Counted from the first letter of the stretch, positions 1 through 11,596 are shown. The stretch: 64,000 nt of DNA from an uncultured virus (IMG/VR IMGVR_UViG_3300021142_000024) (IMGVR_UViG_3300021142_000024:1-64000), one strand, 5' to 3'. Made by a program: numbers and translations. Notes: generated by a model from the sequence alone, not told the origin.

Positions 1-490
1 GCTGTGTAGTATTGATATGAATATTAATAGGATAATATGGAGTAGCGTCTAGACCCATCATATCTAATAATTGGGCATGTCTATTAAGATCTATAATAGT
101 CTTATTTACAACTGCGCTATTTTCACTAGCCAATACATCAAAAGGACCTGGATGGAAACTTACACGAATATTATTAGATTTAATATAATCACCAAGAGAT
201 TTAAGCTTAAATTCTATAGTTTTAAAATTAGGCAATTGACTAAATTCATAAAATCCCATGAATGCAAACATATCACTTGAAAGTCTATATAATTTTATAC
301 CCTTTGATATATTATATTTTAAGACTTTTTGGCAGTCATCTATATTTGCAATTGCAAGTTCAGACACATATGATAGACCTTTTTCTATAAAAGTTCTATG
401 TATCATAGTACGATTAGTAGAAATATAGTCTTTATGGGCTTTTCCAAGATTAATTCCTAGAGAAATACAACAGTAACCTAATTTAGCCAT
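1..490 (-). CDS. uvsE: UV damage repair endonuclease UvsE (runs off the window edge; absent from ORF track)
   Basis: Manual translation from ATG at 490: MAKLGYCCISLG...TNRTM...YRLSSDMF...RVSFHPGPFDVLAS...PINIH, the typical UvsE/UVDE motifs. Confidence 0.9.
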   Translation of the reverse strand, partial: MAKLGYCCISLGINLGKAHKDYISTNRTMIHRTFIEKGLSYVSELAIANIDDCQKVLKYNISKGIKLYRLSSDMFAFMGFYEFSQLPNFKTIEFKLKSLGDYIKSNNIRVSFHPGPFDVLASENSAVVNKTIIDLNRHAQLLDMMGLDATPYYPINIHINTTQ

Positions 491-648
491 GATTTTAAAA
501 TATGATTAACCTTTATTAAGAATATAGAATATGCCAATTTAGCGCTCCAGATCAAATCTGAAAGACTTAATACTGCAAGAGTATCTAATATATCAAGATG
601 ATTATAATGATCTGGACAAAGCCCTATGATATGAAGAATCAATTCCAT
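478..648 (-). CDS. small hypothetical protein (56 aa, not in ORF track)
   Basis: Manual translation MELILHIIGLCPDHYNHLDILD...; overlaps the uvsE start. Confidence 0.5.
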   Translation of the reverse strand: MELILHIIGLCPDHYNHLDILDTLAVLSLSDLIWSAKLAYSIFLIKVNHILKSWLN

Positions 649-715
649 TGATATAGTATATATTACGCAGTAAAATTAATAAATAAAAAAAGAAAAAGGA
701 AATCGATATTCTAAG

Positions 716-1294
716 TTAATCCCACCAATTATGTATATGATTCTCTAATATATCAAATAAAATTCTATTAGCTTTATTCTCCATATAATGCCCTATATTT
801 ATTGCAATATTAATTTTACTATCATTTTCAAGTATAAATTTTTCATGTTTTGTTACTTCTTTATATGCATGTTTATACTTTTTAAAATAACCATCAAATT
901 TTTCCCATATCTCATTTATTTTAAGTGTACTATAATCTTTATTATCTTCTAAAGGAATCCATAAATATTCGCAATGATGATAATTCATATATTCATGTGC
1001 ATAAAATTCAGATTGAATTTTATCAATAAGTCTTACACATGTCATCATTAATTGAGCATCTCTCTTTGCACTTACATGTCTATTTTTTTCACCTATATAA
1101 TAAGCTTGATGTTTAAGTTTTGTCTTTAGAATATCAAATATATATCTATGATCATAATCTCTGTCCTTCCAGATTATTTTAAACCAGCGAATAAGATTTT
1201 TTATTCCATAATAAAAATCTTTATGTAAAAATCTGTATTCAAATTTCCAATTAAGACAGAATCTGCGCCAAATATTTAATTTAGTTTTTTTCAT
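716..1294 (-). CDS. hypothetical phage protein
   Basis: 192 aa ORF with WKDRDYD and C-terminal WWD motifs seen in phage hypotheticals; co-oriented with neighbours. Confidence 0.7.
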   Translation of the reverse strand: MKKTKLNIWRRFCLNWKFEYRFLHKDFYYGIKNLIRWFKIIWKDRDYDHRYIFDILKTKLKHQAYYIGEKNRHVSAKRDAQLMMTCVRLIDKIQSEFYAHEYMNYHHCEYLWIPLEDNKDYSTLKINEIWEKFDGYFKKYKHAYKEVTKHEKFILENDSKINIAINIGHYMENKANRILFDILENHIHNWWD

Positions 1295-1547
1295 ATAAAA
1301 TTTTTATTGCAATTTTAGATCCTGCCCATATAGATAGTAATATTAAACCCAATTGCATAAATATATCTGGCAGTGGAATGGGATTAGTCCAGCCGTATTT
1401 TGCTACATCAAATACAGTAATAGGTATAAACCATGCTAATTGACATGCTACAATACAAAATCCTATAAAATGTTGCCTATTATTAGAAGACTTATCAGTC
1501 CATTTTTTTATTCTTTTAATCATATCTGATTTTCTCAATTTTATCAA
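1281..1547 (-). CDS. small membrane protein
   Basis: Two hydrophobic segments. Confidence 0.55.
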   Translation of the reverse strand: MIKLRKSDMIKRIKKWTDKSSNNRQHFIGFCIVACQLAWFIPITVFDVAKYGWTNPIPLPDIFMQLGLILLSIWAGSKIAIKILYEKN

Positions 1548-1558
1548 TTTTAAAATAA

Positions 1559-2042
1559 CTAAATTTTCTCAAAAAATCCACATAATAACTCAATTAATTC
1601 ACCATTAAAATCAACTTTACACGTCCAGGCCGAACCATTTAAAAATGATGATACAACACAATTAATATCTGTTACAACACCTTGCTTTACTGCTAACTCA
1701 GAATTTGCTGTATTATACATCATCTTATTATATTCATCAAATGCACCTTCCGCAAACTTTACTATATCACCAACTTTAAGATTGAAATCAAATCTATAAT
1801 AATAATCAGTTGGGTCCTCTTTTACTAGTGTAAAAAAAATCTCCAGATATTGGTTTTGGTTGAATTTGTAGGTCCCACTCTCTTAAAGCATTGAATATAA
1901 TATCACTCACTTCCATTTCTGGATTTTCTTTTGCTATAAGTATCGCAGATAAAAATACTTCTATATCTAAAGCAAAATCTATAGCTGTATTTAGAGCATT
2001 TCCTGCTGCTATAAAATCTTTATTTTGGTATGTTCTATCCAT
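1559..2042 (-). pseudogene. hypothetical gene apparently broken by frameshift(s); track ORF 1806-2042 is its 5' part
   Basis: Removing one T from the T8 run (1832-1839) extends the frame as ...GDFFTLVKEDPTDYYYRFDFNLKVGDIVKF...; a second shift near 1600 would give ...NGELIELLCGFFEKI*. Confidence 0.5.
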
Positions 2043-2048
2043 ATACTT

Positions 2049-3152
2049 TTAATTTGAAAGTGGCATTTTTATTGCAGGATGACTTTGATAATTCTCTAAA
2101 ATAATATCATCCAAGGTATATTCTGAAATATCATTAATAACCCTATCGGATATTTTTACCGTTGGTAATTCATATGGTTCTCTTGTTAACTGTTCTTTAA
2201 TGCCATCTATTTGATTTTTATAAATATGAGCATCACCTAAATTAGCAATTAGTTCATCAGGCACCATATTAACCATTTTACCTATAATTTCTAATAGAAG
2301 CGCATATGATGCGATATTAAATGGAAGACCTAATGGAACATCACTTGACCTCATATTGAACATTAAAGAGATTGCTCGTTTGGGAACTCCTATGGAATCA
2401 TAATATGCCATTTCATCTCCATACTCTACGTCATATTTTGCCCCATATTTATACTGCCTAAGATGTCGATATCTCTCCAATCTACTCAACTCTCTCGTAT
2501 AAAACTGAAAAAAGTTATGACATGGCCGAAGTACCATCTGGTCGAGTTCCCCCACGTTCCACGCTGATACAATTATACCTCTATCATCTGGATTTGTTTT
2601 GAGTATATGGATTGCATCTGCGATTTGGTCGGTTATACAGGTACCTACTTCATCTCTATTTGTTGTCCTATCAAAGTAAGTAAAGTATGACATCCAACTT
2701 CTCCACTGCTTACCATATATCGGCCCAAGTTCACCCCACTCCTTTGCAAACTCAGCATCCGTTTTAATACGCTCGATAAATTCTTCTTTTGATAGTTCAT
2801 CTTGTACATCTGGAGCATAACCTTCTCTAATTGCTTGAGGGTTCAATGCAACGCAATTATTTAAAGTAATCGATCCCCTGTACTTTTTATAAGCATCTCC
2901 TACCCATATAGTATTATCATTTTCTACGAGATACTCTATTGAAGTATCTCCACGTAAAAACCATAGAAGCTCGGTTACCATAGTTTTGAATGCCATTTTC
3001 TTCGTAGTCAAGAGTGGAAATCCTTCACTCATTTTATGTCGTATCTGTCTACCGAACACTGATATTGTTTGTCCATTTCTTGTTTCTTTTCTAGTACCAT
3101 TCTCTAAAATATCTTTTAAGAGATCTTGATAAGCCATGTCTATTTTATTCAT
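2049..3152 (-). CDS. thyA: thymidylate synthase (dUMP-specific)
   Basis: GFPLLTTKK, ELLWFLRG, GPIYGKQWR, LRPCH catalytic Cys, RSSDVPLGLPFN (Asn), GDAHIY. Confidence 0.97.
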   Translation of the reverse strand: MNKIDMAYQDLLKDILENGTRKETRNGQTISVFGRQIRHKMSEGFPLLTTKKMAFKTMVTELLWFLRGDTSIEYLVENDNTIWVGDAYKKYRGSITLNNCVALNPQAIREGYAPDVQDELSKEEFIERIKTDAEFAKEWGELGPIYGKQWRSWMSYFTYFDRTTNRDEVGTCITDQIADAIHILKTNPDDRGIIVSAWNVGELDQMVLRPCHNFFQFYTRELSRLERYRHLRQYKYGAKYDVEYGDEMAYYDSIGVPKRAISLMFNMRSSDVPLGLPFNIASYALLLEIIGKMVNMVPDELIANLGDAHIYKNQIDGIKEQLTREPYELPTVKISDRVINDISEYTLDDIILENYQSHPAIKMPLSN

Positions 3153-3460
3153 AGTTTTATATATTTAATTTTTTTAATACATTCAGGTGCTATATAATCT
3201 GATATAAATTCATAGTCTGAATTGATTGATTTACCTGTTGATTTATAGATATAAGGAGTATGATTATTAGATTCTATGTATAATATAGCTAATTCTTTCC
3301 AATAATTTCTTCCTAGCTGAGTATCTATTATTTTATGGATATTATTAGTTATAAACACTTTTCCTTGTTTTGTCTTACCAATACCTTTTTTGTAATCTGG
3401 TATTAATCCATTAATTAAAATAGTAGGAATATTTTCAGGTTTAGTAATGTGATATAACAT
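3149..3460 (-). CDS. putative ADP-ribosyltransferase/Tpt1-fold small protein
   Basis: N-terminal LYHIT...I...GLIP motif, VFIT, C-terminal I.PECI. Confidence 0.45.
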   Translation of the reverse strand: MLYHITKPENIPTILINGLIPDYKKGIGKTKQGKVFITNNIHKIIDTQLGRNYWKELAILYIESNNHTPYIYKSTGKSINSDYEFISDYIAPECIKKIKYIKL

Positions 3461-3866
3461 ATTTTATTATTCTGGTAAATTAATAGATGAAATATCAGCC
3501 CAGTATTCATAATAGCTCAAATCATAATAATCTCCACTATCATTCATACACCACGATGGACTGCAATCACCTCCGGCTGTTTCATAAAATCCAAAAGATA
3601 GATCTAGAGGTATTTCATGTGCATTATGTAATATTACAAGCTTATATTCTTGTGGTAATATTTTAGATGTTTTATTCCATTGTAGATTCATAATGTTCTA
3701 GTTGTGTTTCGTTAAAAATATGCAGCAATCCATATTTATCCATTTCAGCGACTATTCTAATCTCGCCCGCAACTGTTTCAAATACAGATACTATCGTACA
3801 TGGAAATTTATATCCTTTAGGTTTCCACGCCTTATCACCTACTTTAAATTTAGTATTATTCATAAT

Positions 3867-4166
3867 TTATTTTATCTTTTTTAAATCCTCTTTTAATCTT
3901 TTTCTAAAAGAATCTTCTCCATCATCGCATGCTACTAACCAATCTATTCTTTGAGCATAGACTTGGGCTATTTTTAAATACTTAACTCCATTTTTAAATT
4001 CCTCGATAATATCTTCTGGGTAATTTGAGTATTTTGAATCTTCTGAATCCCAATATCCCAGATCTTCTTTTGATATATTTTTTCCATTTTTTTCTATTAT
4101 ATCCTCAATAGTATCAATAATATTTGATATTTCATATTGCGTATAATTAAAAGTACCCCCTGACAT
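3867..4166 (-). CDS. conserved phage hypothetical protein
   Basis: MSGGxFNY start and RIDWLxxxDDGEDSF end. Confidence 0.7.
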   Translation of the reverse strand: MSGGTFNYTQYEISNIIDTIEDIIEKNGKNISKEDLGYWDSEDSKYSNYPEDIIEEFKNGVKYLKIAQVYAQRIDWLVACDDGEDSFRKRLKEDLKKIK

Positions 4167-4709
4167 ATTATATATTATTTTAGCAAGTTAATGAAATTCC
4201 ACTCATCGTACAATTACAAACTCCAGATCCTCCATTTTTAGGATTACATGAGCAAGTATCATAGAAATTTGTAGTATGATAATCATAAACATAATTTGGA
4301 CTTATATTTGTAGGCGGGATTATATTATCTTTTTCATATAAATCAAACATAAAATTGATCCTATCAATAGTCTCTAAATCTGATTTAGGAATTACTGCAA
4401 GTATTAATTTTTTTAATGTTTCTATTGTCATATAGTATTATTATTTGTATATTTTTTATTTAATTTTAATATTATTCCAAATTTTACCATTAGGCTCTAC
4501 AATATTCAATTTACCATTAATAAAATCTTGAAATTCCTCTTCATTAAAAAGTGTAATTTGCAAAGAGTCTTTATTGATAATACTATAAATTGATCTTAGA
4601 AATATCCCATGACCACTATTTTCAATACAGTCCTTACGAATTGCCAATAGCTCTTCCCCTTGTGAATTTATTAATTCTATGCTATTTACATCTTGTTTCA
4701 TATTATATT

Positions 4710-5842
4710 TTAATGTGAGTCTCCAATATCATTCTTTTCACCATAAATAAGATAATCAGGATTTATAACTTTTGCCACCTTTTGTCTTTCTCCTGTCTCT
4801 AATTTTATTACTACTCCCTCATGAGGTACTTTTGTGCCTTCAATAAAGTTTTTAAAAGTAAAAGAATCTTGAATTTCTTGTGACCAAGGTCCAAAATATA
4901 AAACTGGAATATGTGGGAGTTCTAAAAGTGCTCGTGTTGTAGCTTCGGTAGATTCTGTGCTATAATACTCTCCATTTTCTTTAATATCAAAAATTGCAAA
5001 TTCAATATCTTTTAAACCATAATCATAATTCTTTTGAATACCTGCCCCATAGATCTCACCATATATTATAAATCCAGATCCAAAATCTTCAGGAGTTGAG
5101 TATTGTCTTGCAAAATTCCAAAGTTTTTCTTTGATCTTATATTTATCAGCTATTTCATACCATACATTAGTATCATAAAACCCTTGAGAATCAGAGCCTC
5201 TTTCTACATTATGAGAACCTATTACAAATTCATATTGATACCACTCATCAGTGATTCTAAGAAATCTTTTTATTTTATCCCAAAGAGTAAATTTATTCTT
5301 TTTTACAATGCCATATCGAGCATTAGTACCGTGAATTTTTCTAGTAATTTGAACAATATCTTCTTGAGTAAACATATTATTCACATTCTTTATATTTGGA
5401 AATTTATAGTAAATAGGGAAATTTGGATTTTCTGAATATCTAATTTTTTTACCAGAAGCAAGCTGAATTTGTTTTGCTGGAGGTTCATACTTTACAATGC
5501 TCATATATGACATTACATCCATGCCCTCTTTCAGTTTTGAAATTTCCATTTCAGTATACATAAAAGGTATGATCAAACATTCTGAATACACACCACGAAG
5601 CTTGATAGTTCGAACACGATTGCCAGAACGTAGATAATTTGTTACATTCATTTTTTCAGCCAATGTTTCTGGTATTACCGCGTCTGTGGTTGCACATACT
5701 ATTAAATCACCTTCTGCATATTGATCTTTCTTGATAATACAAGACCAATTACCTACCATGGCCTGCTCGATGTTATCGGCGCCTGGTATAGGTATAATTT
5801 GATTAATTCGAGCAATGAATGCTACAGAGTTTAAATTTTCCA
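4710..5842 (-). CDS. RNA ligase, DRB0094 family (N-terminal OB domain plus nucleotidyltransferase); likely start 5842
   Basis: PIPGADNIE, RVRTIKLRGVYSE, motif I TRKIHGTN, IYGEIYG, FAIFDI, EGVVIK, KVINPDYL. Confidence 0.9.
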
Positions 5843-7737
5843 TATTAATATATGTCTTTAAAAATTTGAATTCCAAAATCCCAAATAAGAAAATCGAAAC
5901 CGATTATAAAAATATCTGTATAAATACCAGATTCTATAAAATGAGATTGCTTAGAGTGAGTTATATAAAATCCTGGAAGTAGTGCTATTTGAATAAAACT
6001 ATTTTGTATAGTCTTATACATATAAAATTTATAAACTTTTTTCATATCTTTATTTTAATTTATCTAGTTCTCTAATTATGTTTTCTAAAATATTAATTAT
6101 ACTATATAATTCACTAGTAGGTGCAACTGAATATAACTCTTCAGATTCTGAGATCAAAGAAGAAGTCTTTTTTTGCAAAGACGCTACTTTTTTTTGTACT
6201 TCTTCTTTAGATATAGACTTAGATTCGGTGATATGAGCAGTCAAATCTGAGGTCATCCAGTTAGTTTTCTTTATCATTATTTTATTACTATTTAGTAGTT
6301 ACTCCAGGAATAGGATATAGGGGGTTTTTAAGTCGATTAATTTGAGTATCAGATAATTTCTTTTTTGCAGAATAATACTCAATAATGCTTTTATGAAATT
6401 TAACTTTTTCTGGGTAGAGAGATACATTATACTTTAATTCGATCTCTAATTTGATATTTGAATCTTGCATAAATTTGTTTTTGTAAAAGTAAAAAATAAG
6501 ATTAAGAAATTATAATTTAATTATCAAGTAAATCATATGGCAAATCTGCATTTTCTAGAATAAATTCTATTAATTTTTCCTCTAATCGACCTTGTATTTC
6601 ATCACCATTATCATCATAAATTTCCCAAGATGAATATCCGCTCTGATGATTATTATCTTCGCAATGAACTACTGTATAAAATTTATTATTAAATTCAACT
6701 TCATACATAGTTTCTGTTTGTACTTTTTTTATTTTTTGATTTTCCATAATTATATTATTTATTTTAAATTTTAATTATTTTTATTTTTTAATGCAATAAG
6801 CATTTCACAATCAATAAGTGAGCCGATCATTAATGGAGATCCGAGCTCTGAATCTATTTCGCCATATTCGCTTTCTTCTACTTCAAATACAGCAAAATCA
6901 TTATCTGCCCAGTATAAGATTTTATATTTCTTTTCCATATTTATCTCGTTCATGTTTGTATGTTTTTAGATTACCACTTTATTTGAAATCTGTCTTCAAC
7001 AATAGTTATTTTATATCCCATCTTCTCTAATTCAATTTTCATAGTATCAACTATATCTCTTGATAGACCAGATGATGTAAGATCCTTTTTTATGTCAATA
7101 TTATAAGAAAAATGACCATTACCTGCAACAGTATCTATCCATCTTAATATTATTTGAAGTGAGGATTCTAATGCTTTTTTCCTCATTGCTTCTGAGTGTG
7201 TTTGCTTTTTAAATAGTATCATGTTTTACGGTTTCATTTTAAATTTTTTAAGTACATTTAATACACTATCTATTTCTTGCATTCTATTATCAGGTAAAAT
7301 TATCACTCCACATTTCTTTTTCATTCTTATATTTTATTTTTATATTTGATTATTCTACTTCAAAACAAAGATCCGGTTTTTCTTTTAAAAAAGAAATATC
7401 CATAATTATAAATGAATCCATAACTGAACATTCTAAAATAGATCCATAGACAGTTTTACCTCGTACTGCATCATAGTCTATTATGTCGCCTCTAAAATCA
7501 AATTGACGTTTTACAATTTCACATTCTGAAAGTACTATAGTAGTATGAGAATTTACATGCGCTTCTACTTTTCTATTTTTTGAAATTTTATCATTTATTT
7601 TAAGATATGTACTTAATGGTACTTTAAAAGTGCTCATTATTAAATTAGATTAGCTGTTTTGTATAATACAAATGTACGATTAATTTTTGAGATTTTACAA
7701 CTTTTCAATGTATATTTGTTTTTTTGCTGTATAAATA

Positions 7738-7770
7738 AAAAACCCTAAGCTATTACTAACTTAGGGTTTT
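7738..7770 (-). terminator. intrinsic terminator
   Basis: AAAACCCTAAG-loop-CTTAGGGTTTT inverted repeat downstream of the 7793-8092 gene. Confidence 0.75.
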
Positions 7771-7792
7771 AATATTATATTTTATAGAATTA

Positions 7793-8092
7793 TTAGGCTT
7801 GAATATCTTTTGAATCTGAATTAGAATCTGAAGATGGACTAGATTGATTAGGTTTAAAACTAAATTTATCTAAAGTATCTGCACCCATACCTATTGCAGT
7901 TATAATTGTAACAGCTTGTACAAGACCATCTGAAGGCTTCATATTTTCATGAGTATAGCTATTTAGCATCATAGTTATACATAAAAATAAAGCGCCTACA
8001 AAAGCAATTACTGGTTTAATTGAAGTAGAACCTCTTTCATCTTTAAAAAGATCTTGAATCCAGGAAATAAATCCATTTTTTGAAGTACTCAT
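7793..8092 (-). CDS. two-TM membrane protein, holin-like
   Basis: Two hydrophobic helices and a charged C-terminus; preceded by an ATATTTAT motif. Confidence 0.45.
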   Translation of the reverse strand: MSTSKNGFISWIQDLFKDERGSTSIKPVIAFVGALFLCITMMLNSYTHENMKPSDGLVQAVTIITAIGMGADTLDKFSFKPNQSSPSSDSNSDSKDIQA

Positions 8093-8117
8093 AGCGATAT
8101 TTTATAATAAATATCAT

Positions 8118-8822
8118 CTAAATGAATTCAATACTATTAGTATTTTTATCCCAAATAAAAGTAATTGGTTTATTTCTATAATTATAATCTTCTCCTAATA
8201 TCGAAGCATTAAAATAATGAGTATCACCATCATAATAATAACCATGACCAGAGTGAATATGACCGCAAACATGAATTTTAGGTTTAATTTCCTTAATTCT
8301 GTCAGCCAATAACTCACAACCAAGATGATCTGATCTACCGATAACCTGGTCAACATAACCCCAAGCAGGACCGTGTGTAACCAATATATCCGTATCAGCT
8401 GGAATCAATGACCATTTATATCTAATTTCCTCACCACGTCTTGGCAAATTAAACGCCCAATTATAGAACTCAGGTTGCCAAGGACTACCCCAAATTTTAA
8501 CCCTATCCTTATAATTATCATATTCCTCACCAGTAAGATATAAATCATCCTGTAGGTAGTTTATATTCTTATAAAAATCCAGAATTTCTTTTGTTTTCTC
8601 AACATTATCCTGAAAACCCCAATCATGGTTACCAGCAATGAATACCTTATGATCGTATATAGCCAGTTTATTATACCAACCACAAAACTCTCTTATCTCA
8701 TGCTCATACCCCATAGAAGAAATATCACCAGCATGAATTATTATATTACCTCCAGGTAAATCAAAATGACATTGTTTGTGTTTACAATGAGTATCACTAA
8801 TAAGAGTAATTTTTTGGGGCAT
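8118..8822 (-). CDS. calcineurin-like metallophosphoesterase
   Basis: SDTH, HAGD, AGNHD, THGP, GHIH motifs. Confidence 0.93.
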   Translation of the reverse strand: MPQKITLISDTHCKHKQCHFDLPGGNIIIHAGDISSMGYEHEIREFCGWYNKLAIYDHKVFIAGNHDWGFQDNVEKTKEILDFYKNINYLQDDLYLTGEEYDNYKDRVKIWGSPWQPEFYNWAFNLPRRGEEIRYKWSLIPADTDILVTHGPAWGYVDQVIGRSDHLGCELLADRIKEIKPKIHVCGHIHSGHGYYYDGDTHYFNASILGEDYNYRNKPITFIWDKNTNSIEFI

Positions 8823-8829
8823 TATAATA

Positions 8830-9237
8830 TCAATGATGTATTAAAGAAAAAAGAATATAACTTAGACCAATAAGGCAACCAATACTTGTAATTTTAATAC
8901 CAGATGTGAGTTTTTTATTATTCTTTGATAAATTATCAATATAAATTCTAGATATGCTATCTTTAGATTTATAAAGTTGAATTTGATTTTTAAAAGTCTC
9001 ATTATCAGTCTTAAAAGTTTTAATTACTGTGTCTTTATATTGTGACTCTTTTACAGTCAAATTTAGAATACTTAAAGTTAAGCTATCTTGCCTTTTTAGA
9101 CTATCATATGAAACTAGATCGTATGCTACTAATTTACCTACTTTATGAGAAAGATGTAGACTACTGTCCGTACCTGGATAAGAAAAAGCTGTCAAGCTCA
9201 GTAGGAGTGTAGTGAGAAATATGATTGTGAATTTCAT
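8830..9237 (-). CDS. secreted/membrane coiled-coil protein, possible spanin component
   Basis: Signal peptide, coiled coil, C-terminal TM; overlaps the upstream gene by 77 nt. Confidence 0.4.
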   Translation of the reverse strand: MKFTIIFLTTLLLSLTAFSYPGTDSSLHLSHKVGKLVAYDLVSYDSLKRQDSLTLSILNLTVKESQYKDTVIKTFKTDNETFKNQIQLYKSKDSISRIYIDNLSKNNKKLTSGIKITSIGCLIGLSYILFSLIHH

Positions 9238-9496
9238 TATACTTATTTTTAATGTAAATGTATTTTATTGTTTGTTTTTGAATTAGACTATCGACATATA
9301 CAATACTATCTTTGTAAATGTATATAACACTGTCTTGTTTTTTATGAACTGAGTCTAATTTAGAAATTTTATAATTTAAACTATCTATTTTATGATTAAA
9401 CTCAAATTCCCGTTTATTATGTAATTCTCTTTGATAATTTGTATAATAACCAAATATAATTACAATAATAATACAAAATCCTAGTACTTTACTCAT
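9161..9496 (-). CDS. N-anchored coiled-coil protein, possible i-spanin
   Basis: Single N-terminal TM followed by a helical region. Confidence 0.4.
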   Translation of the reverse strand: MSKVLGFCIIIVIIFGYYTNYQRELHNKREFEFNHKIDSLNYKISKLDSVHKKQDSVIYIYKDSIVYVDSLIQKQTIKYIYIKNKYNEIHNHISHYTPTELDSFFLSRYGQ

Positions 9497-9504
9497 AGTA
9501 TTAT

Positions 9505-9705
9505 TTACTTATTTTTTAGTTTAGTAGTGTCTTTATTAGTTTTAGCTGAATCAACCTTGGTTTTTGAAGAATCTGATACTGCCATTTTAACTGTATCTAC
9601 TTTTGAAATTTTAGTTGAATCTGATTTAGCTAGAGAGCTAGATGTTACTGAATTACAGCTTACAATTGTCATTGCTGTAATAAGTGAAAGCATGATTTTT
9701 TTCAT
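9505..9705 (-). CDS. small lipoprotein (true start 9705, not 9789)
   Basis: MKKIMLSLITAMTIVSC lipobox, low-complexity S/T/K/D tail; the track's upstream extension overlaps tRNA-Glu. Confidence 0.7.
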   Translation of the reverse strand: MKKIMLSLITAMTIVSCNSVTSSSLAKSDSTKISKVDTVKMAVSDSSKTKVDSAKTNKDTTKLKNK

Positions 9706-9731
9706 TTTGTTTTTATTTAAAAATTGGTTAG

Positions 9732-9804
9732 TATTCCTGATGGGTATCGATCCCACTCCTCTGCCTTGAAAGGGCAGCGACTCAACCATTTTGTCCTCAG
9801 GAAC
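9732..9804 (-). tRNA. tRNA-Glu(TTC)
   Basis: Cloverleaf GTTCCTG/CAGGAAT, anticodon arm CTGCC-CTTTCAA-GGCAG. Confidence 0.9.
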
Positions 9805-10054
9805 GATTAATTAAATTAATCTTTAAAGGAAAATACTTTTATGCAGTATAATATCCAGTAAAAGCGGGTTCTAAATAAGATGCCAGTTTTTTGATCTCAC
9901 TGTCTATAGGAGATCCACTCTTACTAAATCCAATAAATAGACTTGATGGCTTAATAGCCCTAAGTATAGAGCGTACCTTTTTACCATCTACTTCATGATC
10001 TTTAAAAATTACAATTTTCTTCATAGATTTTATTTTATTAATTTATTATTAAAA

Positions 10055-10457
10055 TAGTGGACATGTTGGGATTCGAACCCAAGTCTAACAATTAATCCTA
10101 TAAAACTCATTCACAAGCTTATTCTCGTTTTCTAACTAGACAAAATATATAAATCACTATTTATCGTGGTATTCAGTGCTGATTTAAACATCGTATTTAT
10201 AATGCTGGGTGTTCAATCATTTAAACCACTCACACTTTTGCAGGCACTTCTGTTTCTAGGGTATCATGCGACCCCACTGGACTAAGCCGCCATTGCGAAC
10301 TCACCATCAGCGAACGCCATAGCGTCCTCGAAAGTCCATGTAGATAATTCTACGTTTGCATTTATTTTTTATATAGGTTATTAAAGTGTTTCCAATACTA
10401 ACACTGCCTGCATCATTTTAAAGAACTACATTGCCATCAATTACCAATCTCATGCCC
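10055..10457 (-). ncRNA. ssrA: tmRNA
   Basis: Acceptor stem GGGCATG/CATGTCC with G3:U70, T-arm GGGTTCGAATCCC, internal tag ORF 10359-10282 ANVELSTWTFEDAMAFADGEFAMAA*. Confidence 0.93.
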
Positions 10458-10564
10458 GATTATTATCATTGATTATTATACTATAAATATACATACATAA
10501 ATTTAATTTAAAAAATTGATTTTTAAAGTCTTGTATTATTATGATTTATTTTTAGTATATATGA

Positions 10565-10888
10565 TTAATTATTTTTTCTTCTTTTTTGTCTTTTCTCATT
10601 TATTTTTTGAATCTGAGAACATAATTCATACTCTTCAAGTTCTATTAATTTTGGCATTTGAAGATTTAGGGTTTTTAAATATTCTTTTCTTTCAAGTGAA
10701 AAAGTAATTTCTTTAGATTCAGAAAATACAACTTGGAATATTTCAATTTTTGGTTTTTTATTTTTTATTGCCCATAAAATAGTCTTTACCATTTTTAATA
10801 CAAGATCAGAATCTTTATTTTTGATTTTATCAAAAAATTCACTCTGATTCTTAAATGATAATACATGTGCTGCCATTAATACTGTCAT
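10565..10888 (-). CDS. hypothetical protein with UVR-like EEYELC motif; paralogue-like to 40461-40805
   Basis: Shared C-terminal pattern (E/Q)E(E/D)Y(E/D)xCxxI. Confidence 0.55.
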   Translation of the reverse strand: MTVLMAAHVLSFKNQSEFFDKIKNKDSDLVLKMVKTILWAIKNKKPKIEIFQVVFSESKEITFSLERKEYLKTLNLQMPKLIELEEYELCSQIQKINEKRQKRRKNN

Positions 10889-11583
10889 GATTTTAGGTCT
10901 TCTACTCTAGTTATAGCACTAGGAGGTATATTATTTAAAGTGTAACAACCATTTGATTTATAATTTGGATCTTCATATAATTTAAAATAATCTCCAGGTA
11001 TTTTATCAGTATCTATAGAAAAAAGTGTCCAGTTTTTAATTCCAGTTTTATAAGTAAAATTATCAACTAAATATAATGCTGATTCTTTTGAAAGAGCTAA
11101 ATAAACTCTATCTGGATGGTAAGACGCCTTTGATCTAGATTTTGGAACTAGGCCAATTTTTTCTATTTTATTTGAATTTATAGTAGGGGCTATATGATAT
11201 AATATTTTAGGATATTTTTCTATAATTATATCAAATTTTGCCTCAAAAAATATTGAAAAAGTAACTCCGTCTTTTATATAATATTCTGCATATTTTTTCT
11301 CATATTTACCTACATATTCTTTAGATTGCATAAAAGAAGGAAACCAACCTAGATTATTAGCATCTTTAAGAAGATCATTAAATTTTGATAAATCTATTTT
11401 TTGTGAAAATATAACTTTAAAAGTATTATCAATATTATCACTTTTAAAATTTAAAATATTTGAATATTTTCTATGTAAAATAGACACTGTTTTATTTAAT
11501 TGCACAGTCTTTATTTCACCCTCTTTGAGGTTTATAGAATACTCTTCTTTATATAAATCTAAAAGTATATTTAGTAATTTCAC
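10885..11583 (-). CDS. protein with C-terminal ADP-ribosyltransferase-like domain
   Basis: LYH...IEKIGLVPKS...RVYL...NIPPSAI pattern. Confidence 0.45.
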   Translation of the reverse strand: MKLLNILLDLYKEEYSINLKEGEIKTVQLNKTVSILHRKYSNILNFKSDNIDNTFKVIFSQKIDLSKFNDLLKDANNLGWFPSFMQSKEYVGKYEKKYAEYYIKDGVTFSIFFEAKFDIIIEKYPKILYHIAPTINSNKIEKIGLVPKSRSKASYHPDRVYLALSKESALYLVDNFTYKTGIKNWTLFSIDTDKIPGDYFKLYEDPNYKSNGCYTLNNIPPSAITRVEDLKS

Positions 11584-11596
11584 ATTTATAAATATA

